A DNA stretch of 64,000 nt from assembly GCA_018646625.1 (NCBI GenBank), contig JABGUJ010000003.1, forward strand, positions 142,355 through 206,354, in the 5' to 3' direction. This DNA is from Candidatus Woesearchaeota archaeon. Its GTDB lineage: Archaea > Nanobdellota > Nanobdellia > Woesearchaeales > JABGUJ01. The translations under genes were made by a program, and so were the position numbers. Under the pieces are notes generated by a model that saw only the letters and a list, made by a program, of their open reading frames with translations, was not told the DNA's origin and did not search any database. The number at the start of each line of letters is the position of its first letter. Position 1 is the first letter of the stretch. Below, one piece after another: positions 36,057 to 45,753 of the stretch.

Positions 36057-37280
36057 CTAAGCAGCTCTTTCTAAAGCTTGAACATATTCTCGCGGCACTC
36101 CCGCCGCACTCTCCATATACGCAGTACGATCGGCACCCTTAACACCATCTTCAGTTAATTCCTGATACAACTCAGAAACTCGCAACACATCCGCCGCATT
36201 AAAATCCTCACCAGCCATAAGACAAGGACCTAAGTTCCCAAAACCAGAATGGTGAACACCTACAAGACTTCCGATTTGTCGCACTCTAGGCAAGCTTTTG
36301 AAATCACTCAATAATCTTGCACCTCGTTCTGCATGACGATACACATCATGATTTACCCTATCAGAAGGCAAAGTTACATTTTTGCCTACCAATCCAAAAT
36401 CATGTAAACTACACGCCAAGAGAAGAGATTGAACTTCTTCATCAGGTAACCCTATAGATCTCGCCAAACCATAAGCCACCTCAGCAACATTTTCTGAATG
36501 ATTATTAATTTTAGGATCCTCACCAACAATAGCTTTGAGTCCATCTAAAACATGATTCTCAATTCGTTTTGCAGAACAAACAATACCTGCCGCATACGCA
36601 AAAACTTTTGCAATCGCCAAATCATAGTTTGTCACTACACCTGGTGCAGAATGATTTGTATAATTCATCACACCTTCTGATGATATTGCCCCCTCAAAAA
36701 CCGAAACAACAGGTACAACCAAAGATTGTGCAGAATATCTACGACCTTGACGACTTCCTTTCAAAACCTTCATCTCGCCAGAATCATATGCCCTTCGCAT
36801 AGGAGTATTACTACCAGGATTTATTCGCAAATCTACAAACGCCTGAGGAGTATTTTCACCCAAACGAAAAACAAGTTGATCTGCAGAATTCGGAACAAAC
36901 AAAGATGCACTATCTACAGGTATAAATTCCTGTGATGCACTCATTGCCGCTTCCAAAGCACGATCAAGAGTCACAGGTTGATGAAGAAGAGAAAGCACCC
37001 CCTTTAAAGCTTCTTCTTCGCCAGTACCAAAAAGTTTTCTTGCCTGTGCGTCATTAAAATAAGAAGACAAACTCAAAAATCTTCTTTGAAGATCATTAAT
37101 AGATTCACCATAACTAGCAACTAGCCGACCATAAAGTTCTTTAACCTCAATAGGATCTGCTTGTTTAGGTTTACGTGCAGGTTTAGCTTCACCAGTAAAA
37201 AGAGTAGGACCTTGCCCAGATTTACCAAACGACCACACCCTTGCAGCCACATCCAATGCTTTTTCTAATCCACCTTTCAT
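36057..37280 (-). CDS. GAF domain + HD (HD-GYP-like) phosphohydrolase
   Basis: SASLF..., SLVVPV, GVMN GAF pattern; HSENVA...LHDFG, HAERGA.LL, HH; GGTGA SD before ATG 37280. Confidence 0.78.
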   Translation of the reverse strand: MKGGLEKALDVAARVWSFGKSGQGPTLFTGEAKPARKPKQADPIEVKELYGRLVASYGESINDLQRRFLSLSSYFNDAQARKLFGTGEEEALKGVLSLLHQPVTLDRALEAAMSASQEFIPVDSASLFVPNSADQLVFRLGENTPQAFVDLRINPGSNTPMRRAYDSGEMKVLKGSRQGRRYSAQSLVVPVVSVFEGAISSEGVMNYTNHSAPGVVTNYDLAIAKVFAYAAGIVCSAKRIENHVLDGLKAIVGEDPKINNHSENVAEVAYGLARSIGLPDEEVQSLLLACSLHDFGLVGKNVTLPSDRVNHDVYRHAERGARLLSDFKSLPRVRQIGSLVGVHHSGFGNLGPCLMAGEDFNAADVLRVSELYQELTEDGVKGADRTAYMESAAGVPREYVQALERAA

Positions 37281-37317
37281 AGTTCTCACCTATGTTTAAT
37301 TATAACTTAATTGGAAA

Positions 37318-37428
37318 CTAAAACTTCAACTCACCTTCGTCAAAGTATTCCATCAATCCACTAATTACACTTTTATCAATTGCCAAAGTTGTCACCTCTT
37401 TTTCCTCAACAATTATTTCACATTCCAT
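37318..37428 (-). CDS. Small acidic hypothetical protein (36 aa)
   Basis: MECEIIVEEKEVTTLAIDKSVISGLMEYFDEGELKF; G/T-rich codons like other minus-strand genes. Confidence 0.35.
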   Translation of the reverse strand: MECEIIVEEKEVTTLAIDKSVISGLMEYFDEGELKF

Positions 37429-37465
37429 TTTATATTAAACAAATATCACAAACAAAGTTCAAGAG

Positions 37466-37493
37466 AGCTCAAGCTAATTAGCTAGCTTGAGCT
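37466..37493. repeat. 11-bp inverted repeat downstream of cdc6
   Basis: AGCTCAAGCTA-N6-TAGCTTGAGCT. Confidence 0.75.
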
Positions 37494-37549
37494 TTTGTAT
37501 TAGGCTTCCTCTGCTTTCTTCCGAACCCCCACAGTTCGGCCCCCCTGCA

Positions 37550-38728
37550 TTACAAACTATCTCTCAATAGTTTGATCGCCTTATTCTTTAAAGCGCCGTC
37601 TATTACAACAGCAATTTTTCTGGTTTTCTTGCCTTCGTCACTTAACCAACCCACTTCGCTCTGAATCAACCCCAAATCAGTTAGGCTTACAACGAAGCTT
37701 CTAACTCGTCTTTCAGATAACGGTTTTATGTTGTAAGATTCGCAAGTTTGTAAGTAGTATTTGTAAACATCAGATCCACCCTGAATGTTTTTGATATTCT
37801 TTAAAATACCAAGATAAACTAACTTTTGATGTTTTGTTAATGTTGCAGCTATATTCAAAATCTGATCTCTTTCTAAACTCGAATCTGCTTCATCAACTAA
37901 ATCTAAAGAGATCTTATCTCTTTTCTTTGCCAAAGCAATCTTGGCACAACTATCCAACATCTCAAGAGCTCTTCTTGCATCGCCGTTTCTTTGTGCTTCA
38001 ATTTCTGCAATCTTTCTCACTACCGCATCAGCAACAACACTTTTTTCAAAAGCAACTTTTGCTCTGTCTTTTAGTATATCATAAAGTTCATCTTCGGCAT
38101 AAGGAGCAAAAATAACTTTAACTCTACCAATACTTGATTGTGTTCTTGGTTTAATATAATCTGAAACTCTAATATCGTTAGATATAATCAAAGTAGAAAC
38201 ACTTGCCTTAGTGTTTGAATTAATTCTACTCAATCTGTAAAGTATGTCATCTCCTTCTTCTCTAAGTACGTAATCAACCTCATCAAGCACGATAAGAACT
38301 TGAGAATTTGTACCACTCATGATTTTATTAAATTCAGATATGGCTTTTGCTCTTGTCCAACCCATTCTTGGATATTCTTTAGCAGAATTAACTGAATTCA
38401 ATATTTCAAGTAAAATCGCAGTCTCTGTTCGATTCTCCGAACAATTAACATAAATCGTTCTAAGGTCAACTTCGCTATTTTCCGCCTCTGTTTGCAATTC
38501 ATCCATAAGCTCATGAACCAATCCAGTTTTACCAGTACCAGGATTACCATAAACAAATATGCAAGAAACTGCACTTGACATTAGAATAGGAGAAAGTTCC
38601 ATGATAAGGTCATTTTTTTGCTCAACCCTGTGCAAAAAACCATTTGGCGGAACAAGAGAATATAGAACGTCTCTTTTCTTGAAGATCTTGTTCTTGATTA
38701 CGCCTGCAAATGTTAGTCCTTTTTTCAT
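37550..38728 (-). CDS. cdc6: Orc1/Cdc6 replication initiation protein
   Basis: HR, YGNPGTGKT, YVNC, IVLDEVD, ISND, F.PY...EL..IL..R, GDARRAL, C-terminal wHTH. Confidence 0.95.
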   Translation of the reverse strand: MKKGLTFAGVIKNKIFKKRDVLYSLVPPNGFLHRVEQKNDLIMELSPILMSSAVSCIFVYGNPGTGKTGLVHELMDELQTEAENSEVDLRTIYVNCSENRTETAILLEILNSVNSAKEYPRMGWTRAKAISEFNKIMSGTNSQVLIVLDEVDYVLREEGDDILYRLSRINSNTKASVSTLIISNDIRVSDYIKPRTQSSIGRVKVIFAPYAEDELYDILKDRAKVAFEKSVVADAVVRKIAEIEAQRNGDARRALEMLDSCAKIALAKKRDKISLDLVDEADSSLERDQILNIAATLTKHQKLVYLGILKNIKNIQGGSDVYKYYLQTCESYNIKPLSERRVRSFVVSLTDLGLIQSEVGWLSDEGKKTRKIAVVIDGALKNKAIKLLRDSL

Positions 38729-38908
38729 CAATTCTCACCAATAACTTAACATATCCAATGCTTCCACTAGTATATAAACCTTCCGATCAGAAATTCATTT
38801 CCCTTATTTCCTTTACTGAATTTCTTACCTCTCAAGCCCCCTGGCAAGATAATCAACACATTCTAAAAGCTAGAAAAGTATATAAAGCTAAACTAATTTA
38901 ATCCAAAA

Positions 38909-39496
38909 ATGTCACTATTTGAGGTATTGAGGGATAGAGCAGCAATTAACATTCTAAAGGTTCTATACGATAATAGTCAGCAATCCAAAAGCAAACATAC
39001 GATGCTATTTAGAGACATAGTAAAGAAAATACCCTTTAAAGTACCAACTGAAGCAATATTCATATTAACAAAGCACAAACTAATACAGTCAGACATAGTA
39101 GAAAAGGAATACATAGTATCCCTATCCTCAAAAGGAAAAGAATTCATACAAATATTAGATGAGCTAAAAGAGATCCTTGTCGGTAAAAAAGAAAAAAAGC
39201 ACAATGCACACATAAATTACTCATTAACCGAGTCAGAAAAAAGAATTCTAGTCATGATAAAAAGGATCTCAAACGAAATAGGACCTAACAATATAACATT
39301 AAAGAGTCTCACAGTAGAATTATTTCCTCACGAAGTATACGAGAAGAAATCTAGACTAGTTACAAGATACATAACAAAACTACAACAACTTAAACTAGTA
39401 GAAAGATCAAGAAAAGGACGAGAAAGCGCAATTAAACTCACAGAATCAGGAGAAAGAACCATAAAAAATCAATTTCTTATGGGTATTGCTAGATGA
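38909..39496 (+). CDS. Hypothetical double winged-helix protein
   Basis: Two wHTH-like units ending SLSSKGK and KLTESGE; divergent from cdc6. Confidence 0.7.
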   Translation: MSLFEVLRDRAAINILKVLYDNSQQSKSKHTMLFRDIVKKIPFKVPTEAIFILTKHKLIQSDIVEKEYIVSLSSKGKEFIQILDELKEILVGKKEKKHNAHINYSLTESEKRILVMIKRISNEIGPNNITLKSLTVELFPHEVYEKKSRLVTRYITKLQQLKLVERSRKGRESAIKLTESGERTIKNQFLMGIAR

Positions 39497-40173
39497 AACT
39501 TAAAATCAAACAAGTAATCTTCGACTACAACGGCACAATAACTAACGATGCAGAGATTGGATTTCGTGCAACAAATATTCTACTAAAACATTACAAAGCC
39601 CCTGAAATCGATATGCAAAGATTCAAAGACACATTTCGACTACCATGGCAAGAGTTTTTCATCGAAAACGGAGTAAAAGAAGAACAAATCAATATTATAA
39701 CACATCAAGACATATACAGAGAATCTCACAAGATGCTATCAAAAGAATTTCTTAAGCTACAACAACACACCAAAGAAACACTTGAATTTTTAAGAAATAA
39801 AGGAATAAAAATAGGATTATTAACAGTAAGAAACAAAAAAGATCTAACAGAAGAACTAAACAGTCTAGGAATAACAGAACTATTCCATTCAATTAGTTGC
39901 GGAAACAGCCTATACCAAGATGGAACCAAATGCGAAAAAAACACCGAAAAGATAGTAAAAGAGTTAAACATCACCAACCCAGAAGAAGTATTAATGGCGG
40001 GAGATATGTTAATAGACATCAAAACCGCAAGAGAGAATAATTTCATCTCTGTAGCAATCCCAAATGGATGGCAATCAGCAGAAAGACTTGCTAACGCATC
40101 TCCAGACTATCTTTTAGACGACATTCAACAAATTCAAGAGCTAGTAAAATGCAATTCCAATACACAGACATAG
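39493..40173 (+). CDS. HAD family hydrolase (phosphoglycolate phosphatase-like)
   Basis: VIFDYNGTI, GLLT, MAGDMLIDI. Confidence 0.88.
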   Translation: MKLKIKQVIFDYNGTITNDAEIGFRATNILLKHYKAPEIDMQRFKDTFRLPWQEFFIENGVKEEQINIITHQDIYRESHKMLSKEFLKLQQHTKETLEFLRNKGIKIGLLTVRNKKDLTEELNSLGITELFHSISCGNSLYQDGTKCEKNTEKIVKELNITNPEEVLMAGDMLIDIKTARENNFISVAIPNGWQSAERLANASPDYLLDDIQQIQELVKCNSNTQT

Positions 40174-40757
40174 TTGAAGAAAAGCAAGATCAACTAAAAC
40201 GAGAGAAGAAACCAAAACCTAAAATCAATTTTCTCGATCTCGCATTCAAATACTGGTACATACCCGTTGCTCTAATAGTTATCCTAGTTCTTGGAAAAAG
40301 AGTTGCACTGCTAGGAACACTAGCATTCATGGTTCTAACCACACTTCTTGTTGCAACATTAAGATATAGAACAGAAATCAATTTAGGGCTAGAATTAATT
40401 ACATTCTACTCAGTCATGCTCTCTATAGCATTTAACCCGTTTGCAGGCGCACTATTTGCAGCAACAATGATTTTAATTTCAGAATCAATAAATGGAAGAA
40501 TCTGTGCATTTTTAATAATTAAACTAGCCATTCACGTCGGACTTTGCTTCATCGCACCACTAATTCTGATGCTGGGACACACATGGTTCGTAGTAATAAT
40601 GGCCAGTGCAAGAAGCGTAATTCTTTCAAACATTACATACTTTACAAACAAAGAAAGATTCTTCAGAGACATACCTGGAGCAACAATAAACTTATTTCTA
40701 AACGCATTCTTATTTGGTCAAGTTACTAAAACAGCACTAGCACTACTCGCAATATAA
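40149..40757 (+). CDS. Hypothetical membrane protein (ECF S-component-like size)
   Basis: About 6 TM helices; ELITF..V, PFAGALF. Confidence 0.7.
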   Translation: MQFQYTDIVEEKQDQLKREKKPKPKINFLDLAFKYWYIPVALIVILVLGKRVALLGTLAFMVLTTLLVATLRYRTEINLGLELITFYSVMLSIAFNPFAGALFAATMILISESINGRICAFLIIKLAIHVGLCFIAPLILMLGHTWFVVIMASARSVILSNITYFTNKERFFRDIPGATINLFLNAFLFGQVTKTALALLAI

Positions 40758-40764
40758 AAAAGAA

Positions 40765-40926
40765 TTAACGTTGAAGAACACGCTTTTCAGTTTCCCAAGC
40801 ATCATTTGTAGCAACTTTCATACTACATTCTTTCTTTCGCTCCCAGAAAACCCAACAAGACTTACCAAACTCATCAAATTTAAGACAACCATTACATGCA
40901 TGATCCTCACATAAATCGTTCTCCAT
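40765..40926 (-). CDS. Small Cys-rich hypothetical protein (53 aa), not in the ORF track
   Basis: MENDLCEDHACNGCLKFDEFGKSCWVFWERKKECSMK...; starts 2 nt after the upstream stop. Confidence 0.65.
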   Translation of the reverse strand: MENDLCEDHACNGCLKFDEFGKSCWVFWERKKECSMKVATNDAWETEKRVLQR

Positions 40927-40928
40927 TC

Positions 40929-41249
40929 TCAAATATCTCTATTCTCAATAAACTTCTGATCACCAGTGATCAAAGCTTTTGAACCTGAAACTTGAATTTT
41001 GATACCCTTAAGATCATTAATAACTATATCATTACCTTCAAGATAATAAGACATGTTAAGCCCCAATATGCGCACTTTCTCCATATTAGGAAATTCTAGA
41101 ACCTTCGTAGGAAACTCACCAGTCTTATGAGGATTATTAACATCAAAAAATGATACTGAAAGAGTCTTAAACTCACCATCATTAGCTCTTGGCTTTCTGC
41201 CAATCATTACGGACTTAGCCGTTACCTCATATACCTTAGATTCCATCAT
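40929..41249 (-). CDS. Hypothetical protein
   Basis: 106-aa ORF with TTTAAATA box upstream. Confidence 0.7.
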   Translation of the reverse strand: MMESKVYEVTAKSVMIGRKPRANDGEFKTLSVSFFDVNNPHKTGEFPTKVLEFPNMEKVRILGLNMSYYLEGNDIVINDLKGIKIQVSGSKALITGDQKFIENRDI

Positions 41250-41340
41250 TTTAACACACTTGAGAGTAGATATTATTTAAAGTTTACTCAGCCAGAACCA
41301 CAATAACTTTATAAACTCCATGCTAAAAAACATAATTAAG

Positions 41341-42249
41341 ATGGGATTGCAATCAATAGAAGAAGTTTTTACGTTCAATAGAGACTATGAAGCAAAAGTT
41401 GCAGAGACAGCAGACCACATAAGAGCACAACTTGGATCTCTCAGACCAGAATTTGGAATAACTCTAGGCTCAGGACTGGGAGACATTGCAGATGCCATAG
41501 AAGATGCAACTACAATCTCATATGCAGACATTCCTAATTTTCTTGTACCAACAGTAGAAGGACACGAAGGTAATCTCATATTTGGAAATCTAGAAGGTAT
41601 TCCTGTAATAGGACTATCTGGAAGAACACATTACTACGAATATGGAGATCTACCATTCAACTATGGTATGTTAAGAACAACGTTCGCAGTTAATGTCTTA
41701 GCAGACTTAGGAATTGCAAACTACTTTGTTACAAACGCCGCAGGCGGTCTAAATCAGAAATTCAAAGTGGGAGATATGATGGTACTACACTCACACATTC
41801 ATAATCAGCCAAACCCATTACTTGGCGAACATAGACAATTCAAAAGAGTGGACAATGGAGAAAGAGTTGAAAGATTCCCACCAGTCAGTCCAACTTACGA
41901 TCCAGAATTAAGAAAAGTACTCCATGCAGCGGGTCAAGAGCACAGAGACCATCTTCACCAAGGAGTTTACATGGGAGTCACAGGACCAACATACGAAGCA
42001 GAAGCAGAAGCAAGATCATTCAGAGATAATGCAGACGCAGTTGGTATGTCAACAACTGGAGAAGTCATAGTAGCCAGAGGAAGAGGAATGAGAGCAGTCG
42101 GTATGTCATGCATAACCAACGAGATCTCGGCATCAGGAGACAATCCTGCAAATCACGACGAGGTTAAAAGAATATTAGAATCACCAGAGGTAAGACAGAG
42201 ATTAACATCAACAGTACAAGAATTCTTCAGACTATACAGAGCTAGTTAA
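41341..42249 (+). CDS. Purine-nucleoside phosphorylase (trimeric, PunA/XapA-like)
   Basis: LGSGLG, TVEGHEG, GRTHYYE, TNAAGG, GPTYE, DAVGMST, CITN. Confidence 0.93.
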   Translation: MGLQSIEEVFTFNRDYEAKVAETADHIRAQLGSLRPEFGITLGSGLGDIADAIEDATTISYADIPNFLVPTVEGHEGNLIFGNLEGIPVIGLSGRTHYYEYGDLPFNYGMLRTTFAVNVLADLGIANYFVTNAAGGLNQKFKVGDMMVLHSHIHNQPNPLLGEHRQFKRVDNGERVERFPPVSPTYDPELRKVLHAAGQEHRDHLHQGVYMGVTGPTYEAEAEARSFRDNADAVGMSTTGEVIVARGRGMRAVGMSCITNEISASGDNPANHDEVKRILESPEVRQRLTSTVQEFFRLYRAS

Positions 42250-44182
42250 CAATCTCTACAGCCACCACGTCACTAATATTCCTTATTTTAATCACCAACT
42301 GTTCAGGTTCAAGATTCTCGGGAAGTCTTAAAGCAAATGTAACAGAAACCCTCTCCTTGTGAGTATTGGAGTTAATAGAACAAACACTAATGCCATCTTG
42401 AGAAATCATTCCCAAAATCTCACTTAATATTCCTACCCTATCATCAATCATAGCTCTAATCTTAACTATGCCTTCATCCCCCTTAAGTCTCCAACTAACT
42501 TCAACCTTTTTATTCTCATCTAACGCATGAATATTGGGGCAATCCGCTTTATGCACAGTAACCTTACCATCTTTAGTATAAAATGCAACAATATCATCAC
42601 CATGCACAGGACCACAACACTTAGAAAGCTTCATCTGAGATTTTTTTTTAACATCCGTTTTAATTAAATCTAAGAGTGCTGCCTCAGACATTTCATTATC
42701 ATCCAACTCAGATTTCCTTGCAGCTTTGTGATCATGATCATACTCAATATTCAGTGCTTTCCTAATCTTACTCCTTGATTTACTTGTTTTAATGAACTTC
42801 AACCACTGTCTTGAAGGCGATGCATTATTCTGAGTAACCACATTAACTATATCCCCACTCTGCAACAAAGTATCTAAAGGAACCATCTTACCATTAATCT
42901 CAGTCTTAGAACAATGTAAACCAACATTAGTATGCACTTCAAACGCAAAGTCAACTGGAGTCGATCCTTCAGGCAGAGAAATAGGTGTCCCTTTTGGAGT
43001 GAACACAACAATTTCCTTCTCAAACAAATCAATCTTCAAAGTTTCAATGAAATCTTTTGCATTCGCATCAGATTTCCATTGCAACAGTTGCTTCAACCAT
43101 TCAATCTTTTTATCAAACTTCTTATCTCTTTCAACATTATGGTATCTCCAATGCGCAGCCACACCTTCCTCTGCAAGATGTTCCATATCCTCAGATCTAA
43201 TCTGCACCTCAAGAACCTTTCCATGGTTTCCGACGACTGAGGTATGCAATGACTGATATCCATTAGCTTTAGGAACAGAAACATAATCTTTAAACCTGCC
43301 AGGCATTGGCTTAAACAAATCATGTACAACACCTAATGCGGTATAACATTCTGGAATTGTTTTAACAATTATTCGTATAGCAATTAAATCATAAATTTCA
43401 TTAAAATCTTTACTATCTCTCTTCATCTTACGATAAATACTATAGAAATACTTCGCCCGACCATAAACTTCAGCATCAACATTGTGCTGAGAAAGATTAG
43501 TTTTAATTATATCAATAAATTCAGTTGTAGCGTGCTCTCTCGCACCTCGTTTTGTATCAATATTATTTTTTAATGCCTCATACTCTTTCGGCAGAATAAA
43601 TTTCATACTCAAATCTTCCAATTCCCCTTTGAAAGTAGGTATCCCCAACTTATGCGCAATAGGTGCATAGATATTCATAGTTTCTTCAGCAATAAGTTTC
43701 TGTTTTTCAGGAGATTTAAACTTCAACGTTCTCATGTTATGCAATCTATCTGCCAACTTAACCAACATAACCCTAATATCTTTAGTAGTCGCAAAAAGAA
43801 CTTTTCTCAAATTCTCCGCAGTATAATCATCTCTAGATTCAAAATGAATACTTTCAATCTTAGTTAGCCCTTCAACTAACCCAGCAACCTCTTCACCGAA
43901 CTGTTCTTTTATTTCCTCAATTGAAACATTCGTATCTTCAACAACATCATGAAGCAAAGCCGCACAAATAGTTGCAGAATCAGCATTTAATTGCGTAAGC
44001 AAGCCAGCAACTTGAACAGGATGAAGAAAATAAGGCTCACCGGAAGCTCTTTTCTGCTCTTTATGCATTTCACTTGCAAAATCATAAGCTTCCTCTATCA
44101 ATTTGATATCAGCATTAGGGTTATAACCATTAATAGCCTCTATAAGTTCATTTTTCGGTATTACGCTACCTTCTTTACTCAT
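42242..44182 (-). CDS. rel: Long RelA/SpoT homolog, bifunctional (p)ppGpp synthetase/hydrolase
   Basis: HD domain (RASGEPY..HP, LLHDVVED, KLADRLHNMRT); synthetase (GRAK..YSI, DL.A.R, RFKDY..PK.NGYQSLHT, EVQIR, AE.G.AAHW.Y); TGS (VFTPKG, TP.DFAF.VH); CC.P..GD.I..H...C; ACT. Confidence 0.96.
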   Translation of the reverse strand: MSKEGSVIPKNELIEAINGYNPNADIKLIEEAYDFASEMHKEQKRASGEPYFLHPVQVAGLLTQLNADSATICAALLHDVVEDTNVSIEEIKEQFGEEVAGLVEGLTKIESIHFESRDDYTAENLRKVLFATTKDIRVMLVKLADRLHNMRTLKFKSPEKQKLIAEETMNIYAPIAHKLGIPTFKGELEDLSMKFILPKEYEALKNNIDTKRGAREHATTEFIDIIKTNLSQHNVDAEVYGRAKYFYSIYRKMKRDSKDFNEIYDLIAIRIIVKTIPECYTALGVVHDLFKPMPGRFKDYVSVPKANGYQSLHTSVVGNHGKVLEVQIRSEDMEHLAEEGVAAHWRYHNVERDKKFDKKIEWLKQLLQWKSDANAKDFIETLKIDLFEKEIVVFTPKGTPISLPEGSTPVDFAFEVHTNVGLHCSKTEINGKMVPLDTLLQSGDIVNVVTQNNASPSRQWLKFIKTSKSRSKIRKALNIEYDHDHKAARKSELDDNEMSEAALLDLIKTDVKKKSQMKLSKCCGPVHGDDIVAFYTKDGKVTVHKADCPNIHALDENKKVEVSWRLKGDEGIVKIRAMIDDRVGILSEILGMISQDGISVCSINSNTHKERVSVTFALRLPENLEPEQLVIKIRNISDVVAVEIVN

Positions 44183-44265
44183 ATTTCGTGCCTCACATAA
44201 ACAAAGACTAATCACTAAAGTTTAAATATAATATATATAGTTTTTCCTAACCAAAGGCATTGAAA

Positions 44266-45255
44266 ATGATAGTATTAGGTATTGAAAGCACAGCACATAC
44301 ATTCGGAGCTGCAATAATTAAGGACAGAGACGTACTTTCTAATGAGAGAGACCTCTTTACTACAGAAGAAGGCGGAATGAAGCCTTTTGAAGTTGCACAA
44401 CACCATGTTGCATGCTGTGATGAAATCATCAAAAAAGCTTTAGACAAGGCTAACGTATCAATCAAAAATGTTGATCTAATTAGTTATTCTTCTTCTCCAG
44501 GCATTGGACACACATTAAGAATAGGAAACATGGTTGCTAAATCACTACATGCACTACACAACATTCCTTTTGTCGGAGTTAATCATTGCATAGCACATTT
44601 AGAAATTGGTGACATGACTACAGGCTCAAAAGATCCTGTATTACTATACTGCTCCGGCGCAAACACGCAAGTAATCGCATACGATGGTGGAAAGTATAGA
44701 ATTTTCGGAGAAACACTAGATATCGGCATAGGAAATTTCATTGATTCATTCGCCAGATACATTAAACTAGGATTTCCTGGCGGACCAAAGATAGAAAAAC
44801 TAGCTCTAGAAGGAAATAAAGAAGAATTAATTGACTTACCTTACTGTGTTAAAGGAATGGATGTTGTTTTTGGAGGAATATTAACCAATCTGAAAACAAA
44901 ATACAACTCAAAAGAATACAAGGTTGAAGATTTATGTTACTCACTACAAGAAACTGTTTTTGCGATGATGATTGAAACAGCAGAAAGAGCCATGGCACAT
45001 TGCGATAAAAATGAACTTCTTCTAGGTGGAGGAGTCGCATGTAATAAAAGATTACAAGAAATGGCCAGAACAATGTGCGAAGAACGTGGTGCAAAATTGT
45101 TTGTTCCAGAAAACCAGTTTTTAGTTGACAATGCAGCAATGATCGCATGGCAAGGTTTAATTGAATTTCAAGCTGGACGAAAATCTGACGAAGCAGAAAC
45201 TGCAACAATACAACCTTACTTAAGAACAGACGAAGTAGAAGTTCTATGGAGATAA
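44266..45255 (+). CDS. kae1: tRNA N6-threonylcarbamoyltransferase Kae1
   Basis: LGIESTAHT, GVNHCIAHLEIG, SGANTQ, GETLD, GGGVACN, DNAAMIA, RTDEV...WR. Confidence 0.97.
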   Translation: MIVLGIESTAHTFGAAIIKDRDVLSNERDLFTTEEGGMKPFEVAQHHVACCDEIIKKALDKANVSIKNVDLISYSSSPGIGHTLRIGNMVAKSLHALHNIPFVGVNHCIAHLEIGDMTTGSKDPVLLYCSGANTQVIAYDGGKYRIFGETLDIGIGNFIDSFARYIKLGFPGGPKIEKLALEGNKEELIDLPYCVKGMDVVFGGILTNLKTKYNSKEYKVEDLCYSLQETVFAMMIETAERAMAHCDKNELLLGGGVACNKRLQEMARTMCEERGAKLFVPENQFLVDNAAMIAWQGLIEFQAGRKSDEAETATIQPYLRTDEVEVLWR

Positions 45256-45711
45256 TTTCTTTAACGCTTCTTTAGCATAACATTTAACATCATCTCTCAC
45301 ACCATACTTAGGATCATCTAATTCTTCTGAAGTAAACCATTTACAATCATCAGTCACCTCAGTTTCCGAGAGCTCAAGATTAGCAGAATCTGAAGTTGCA
45401 AAGAAAATAAATGCAACATGCTCATGAGTATCATTAATTCTATGACGAGAAACAAATTGAGGATTCGTCAACAAAGTCTGATGTTCATCATTAAGAAAAG
45501 AGTAATCATGATCAGAATATAGTTTTACATCTAAACCAACTTCTTCTTTAACTTCTCTTACAGCAGCTTCATCAGGATCTTCTCCTAATTCAATATGACC
45601 ACCAACACTAAGCCAAATACCTAGTTTATCATGTTTTCTCAATAAGACTTTACCGCCATTAACTACAAACACTTCAGAACAAAAATCAACTGCATCATGT
45701 ATGTGTGGCAT
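45244..45711 (-). CDS. NUDIX hydrolase
   Basis: GGHIELGEDPDEAAVREVKEEVGL Nudix box. Confidence 0.93.
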   Translation of the reverse strand: MPHIHDAVDFCSEVFVVNGGKVLLRKHDKLGIWLSVGGHIELGEDPDEAAVREVKEEVGLDVKLYSDHDYSFLNDEHQTLLTNPQFVSRHRINDTHEHVAFIFFATSDSANLELSETEVTDDCKWFTSEELDDPKYGVRDDVKCYAKEALKKLSP

Positions 45712-45753
45712 ACAAGAAAGAAACAAGAGAAGTATAATAAATATTTTTATTCA

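Noticed and set aside
38732..38908. Possible replication origin (ORB-like CTTCCACTAG) upstream of cdc6
   Set aside because: Only one partial match, adjacent to the TATA box; no repeated ORBs and no visible skew change
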